Source: Squalus acanthias (Eukaryota). From it: DNA of 64,000 nt. Every line of letters begins with the position of its first letter. Position 1 is the first letter of the stretch. The stretch covers positions 136,092,001-136,156,000 of the forward strand of contig CM059431.1 in NCBI GenBank assembly GCA_030390025.1. The letters run 5' to 3'. Under the pieces are notes generated by a model that saw nothing but the letters and a program-made list of their open reading frames with translations, did not search any database and was not told where the DNA came from. Positions 61,201 through 64,000 of this stretch are shown one piece after another. A program made the position numbers and the translations under genes.

Positions 61201-64000
61201 ACTACAGTAATAGGATCATCAAAGACAACTACAGGAGTAGAATCATCACAGACCACTACAGGTGTAGAATCATCACAGACCACTACAGGAGTAGAATCAT
61301 CACAGACCACTACTGGTGTAGAATCATCACAGACCACTACAGGAATAGAATCATCACAGACCACTACAGGAGTAGAATCATCACAGACCACTACAGGAGT
61401 AGAATCATCACAGACCACTACAGGAGTAGGATCATCACAGAATACTACAGGAGTAGAATCATCACAGACCACTACAGGAGTAGAATCATCACAGACCACT
61501 ACAGGAGTAGAATCATCACAGACCACTACAGGAGTAGGATGATCACAGACCACTACAGGTGTAGAATCATCACAGACCACTACCGGAGTAGAATCATCAC
61601 AGTCCACTACAGGAGTAGAAACATCACAGACCACTACAGGAGTAGAATCATCACAGACCACTACAGGCATAGGATGAACACAGACCACAACAGGAGTAGA
61701 ATCATCACAGACCACTACAGGAGTAGAATCATCACAGACCACTACAGGAGTAGGATCATCACAGACCACTACAGGAGTAGAATCATCACAGACCACTACA
61801 GGAATACGATCATCACAGACCACTACAGGAGTAGGATCATCACAGACCACTACAGGAGTAGAATCATCACAGACCACTACAGGAGTAGAATCATCACAGA
61901 CCACTACAGGAGTAAAGTCATCACAGACAACTACAGGAGTAGGATCATCACAGACCACTACAGGAGTAGAATCATCACAGACCACAACAGGAGCAGAATA
62001 ATCACAGACCACTACAGGAGTAGAATCATCACAGACCACTACAGTAGTAGGATCATCACAGACCACTACAGGAGTAGAATCATCACAGACCACTACAGGA
62101 GTACGATCATCACAGACCACTACAGGAGTAGGATCATCACAGACCACTACAGGAGTAGGATCATCACAGACCACTACAGGAGTAGAATCATCACAGACCA
62201 CTACAGGAGTAGAATCATCACAGACCACTACAGGAGGAATGTCATCACAGACAACTACAGGAGTAGGATCATCACAGACCACTACAGGTGTAGAATCATC
62301 ACAGACCACTACAGGAGTAGAAACATCACAGACCACTACAGGAGTAGAATCATCACAGACCACTACAGGCATAGGATCAACACAGACCACAACAGGAGTA
62401 GAATCAGCACAGACCACTGCAGGAATAGGATCATCAAAGACAACTACAGGAGTAGAATCATCACAGACCACTACAGGTGTAGAATCATCACAGACCACTA
62501 CAGGAGTAGAATGATCACAGACCACTACAGAAGTGGGATCACCACAGACCACTACAGGAGTAGAATCATCACAGACCACTACAGGTGTAGAATCATCACA
62601 GACCACTACAGGAGTAGAATCATCACAGACCACTACAGGAGTAGAATCATCACAGACCACTGCAGGTGTAGGATCATCACAGACCACTACAGTAGTAGAA
62701 TCATCACAGACCACTACAGGTGTAGAATCATCACAGACCACTACAGCAGTAGAATCATCACAGACCACTACAGGAATAGAATCATCACACACCACTACAG
62801 GAGTAGAATCATCACAGACCACTACAGGAGTAGAATCATCACAGACCACTACAGGAATAGAATCATCACAGACCACTACAGGAGTAGAATCATCACAGAC
62901 CACTACAGGAGTTGAATAATCACAGACCACTACAGGAGTAGAATCATCAGAGGCCACTACAGGAGTAGGATGATCACAGACCACTACAGGTGTAGAATCA
63001 TCACAGACCACGACCGGAGTAGAATCATCACAGTCCACTACAGGAGTAGAAACATCACAGACCACTACAGGAGTAGAATCATCACAGACCACTACAGGCA
63101 TAGGATCAAAACAGACCACAACAGGAGTTGAATCATCACAGACCACTGCAGGAATAGGATCATCAAAGACAACTACAGGAGTAGAATCATCACAGACCAC
63201 TACAGGAGTAGAATCATCACACACCACTACAGGAGTAGAATCATCACAGACCACAACAGGAGCAGAATAATCACAGACCACTACAGGAGTAGAATCATCA
63301 CAGACCACTACAGTAGCAGGATCATCACAGACCACTACAGGAGTAGAATCATCACAGACCACTACAGGAGTACGATCATCACAGACCACTACAGGAGTAG
63401 GATCATCACAGACCACTACAGGAGTAGGATCATAACAGACCACCACAGGAGTAGAATCATCACAGACCACTACAGGAGTAGAATCATCACAGTCCACTAC
63501 AGGAGTAAAGTCATCACAGACAACTACAGGAGTAGGATCATCACAGACCACTACAGGTGTAGAATCATCACAGACCACTACAGGAGTAGAATCATCACAG
63601 ACCACTACAGAAGTGGGATCACCACAGACCACTACAGGAGTAGAATCATCACAAACCTCTACAGGAGTAGAATCATCACAGACCAATACAGCAGTAGAAT
63701 CATCACAGCCCACTACAGAAGTAGAATCATCACACACCACTACAGGAGTAGAATAATCACAGACCACTACAGGAGTATAATCATCACAGGCCACTACAGG
63801 CATAGGATCAACACAGACCACAACAGGCGTAGAATCAGCACAGACCACTACAGGAATAGGATCATCAAAGACAACTACAGGAGTAGAATCATCACAGACC
63901 ACTACAGGAGTAGAATCATCACAGACCACTACTGGTGTAGAATCATCACAGACCACTACAGGAATAGAATCATCACAGACCACTACAGGAGTAGAATCAT
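43255..64000. repeat. 27-bp satellite (GACCACTACAGGAGTAGAATCATCACA)n, more than 20 kb (about 770 units), running off the window
   Basis: Continuous tandem array with 9-residue periodicity in all translated frames and higher-order variant blocks. Confidence 0.98.

Noticed and set aside
57018..63983. 2321-aa minus-strand ORF (VVCDDSTPV)n
   Set aside because: It is a by-product of a 27-bp unit. In this frame essentially only TGT>TGA can create a stop by a single substitution, so openness is expected. There is no ATG start, signal peptide or unique domain.
43255..64000. Mucin-like Ser/Thr-rich reading (ESSQTTTGV)n on +
   Set aside because: Recurrent in-frame stops (GAA TAA, GAA TGA variants) are propagated in the HORs even in the clean part of the array. 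No flanking mucin domains are seen.
43255..64000. CRISPR-like regular repeats
   Set aside because: Head-to-tail monomers without unique spacers, in a vertebrate context with no cas genes.

Overview
Eukaryotic, repeat-dominated vertebrate DNA. The CR1/L2 LINE, Deu-SINE and V-SINE content points to a cartilaginous fish, but that is inference. No host protein-coding gene could be identified. (1) 1-13.3 kb is a nested stack: an old L2 LINE is interrupted by several CR1 LINEs. One near-full-length CR1 is itself split by a second CR1 and by an intact Tigger/pogo DNA transposon (DD32D transposase, TA target duplication) that landed in the RT FADD motif. (2) 13.3-23.3 kb holds minisatellites, CR1 pieces, a Penelope-like GIY-YIG fragment with a decayed minimal hammerhead, and a tRNA-derived Deu-SINE. 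(3) 23339-30760 is a young LTR element/endogenous retrovirus (LTRs about 98.5% identical) and the most unusual item. It has an intact gag (coiled coil, overlapping PSAP/PPxY late domain, CCHC knuckle) and NO pol. An in-frame ORF after the gag UGA encodes a divergent paralogue of the Gag N-terminal region, followed by a disrupted class-I-fusion-type env. (4) 31-40 kb holds a PIF/Harbinger transposase pseudogene, MITEs and CR1 remnants. (5) From 40 kb the architecture looks subtelomeric: a CR1 broken and capped by about 1 kb of degenerate TTAGGG, a CpG-rich 37-bp satellite with a 775-bp higher-order repeat, a 200-N gap, and more than 20 kb of a 27-bp satellite with higher-order structure.
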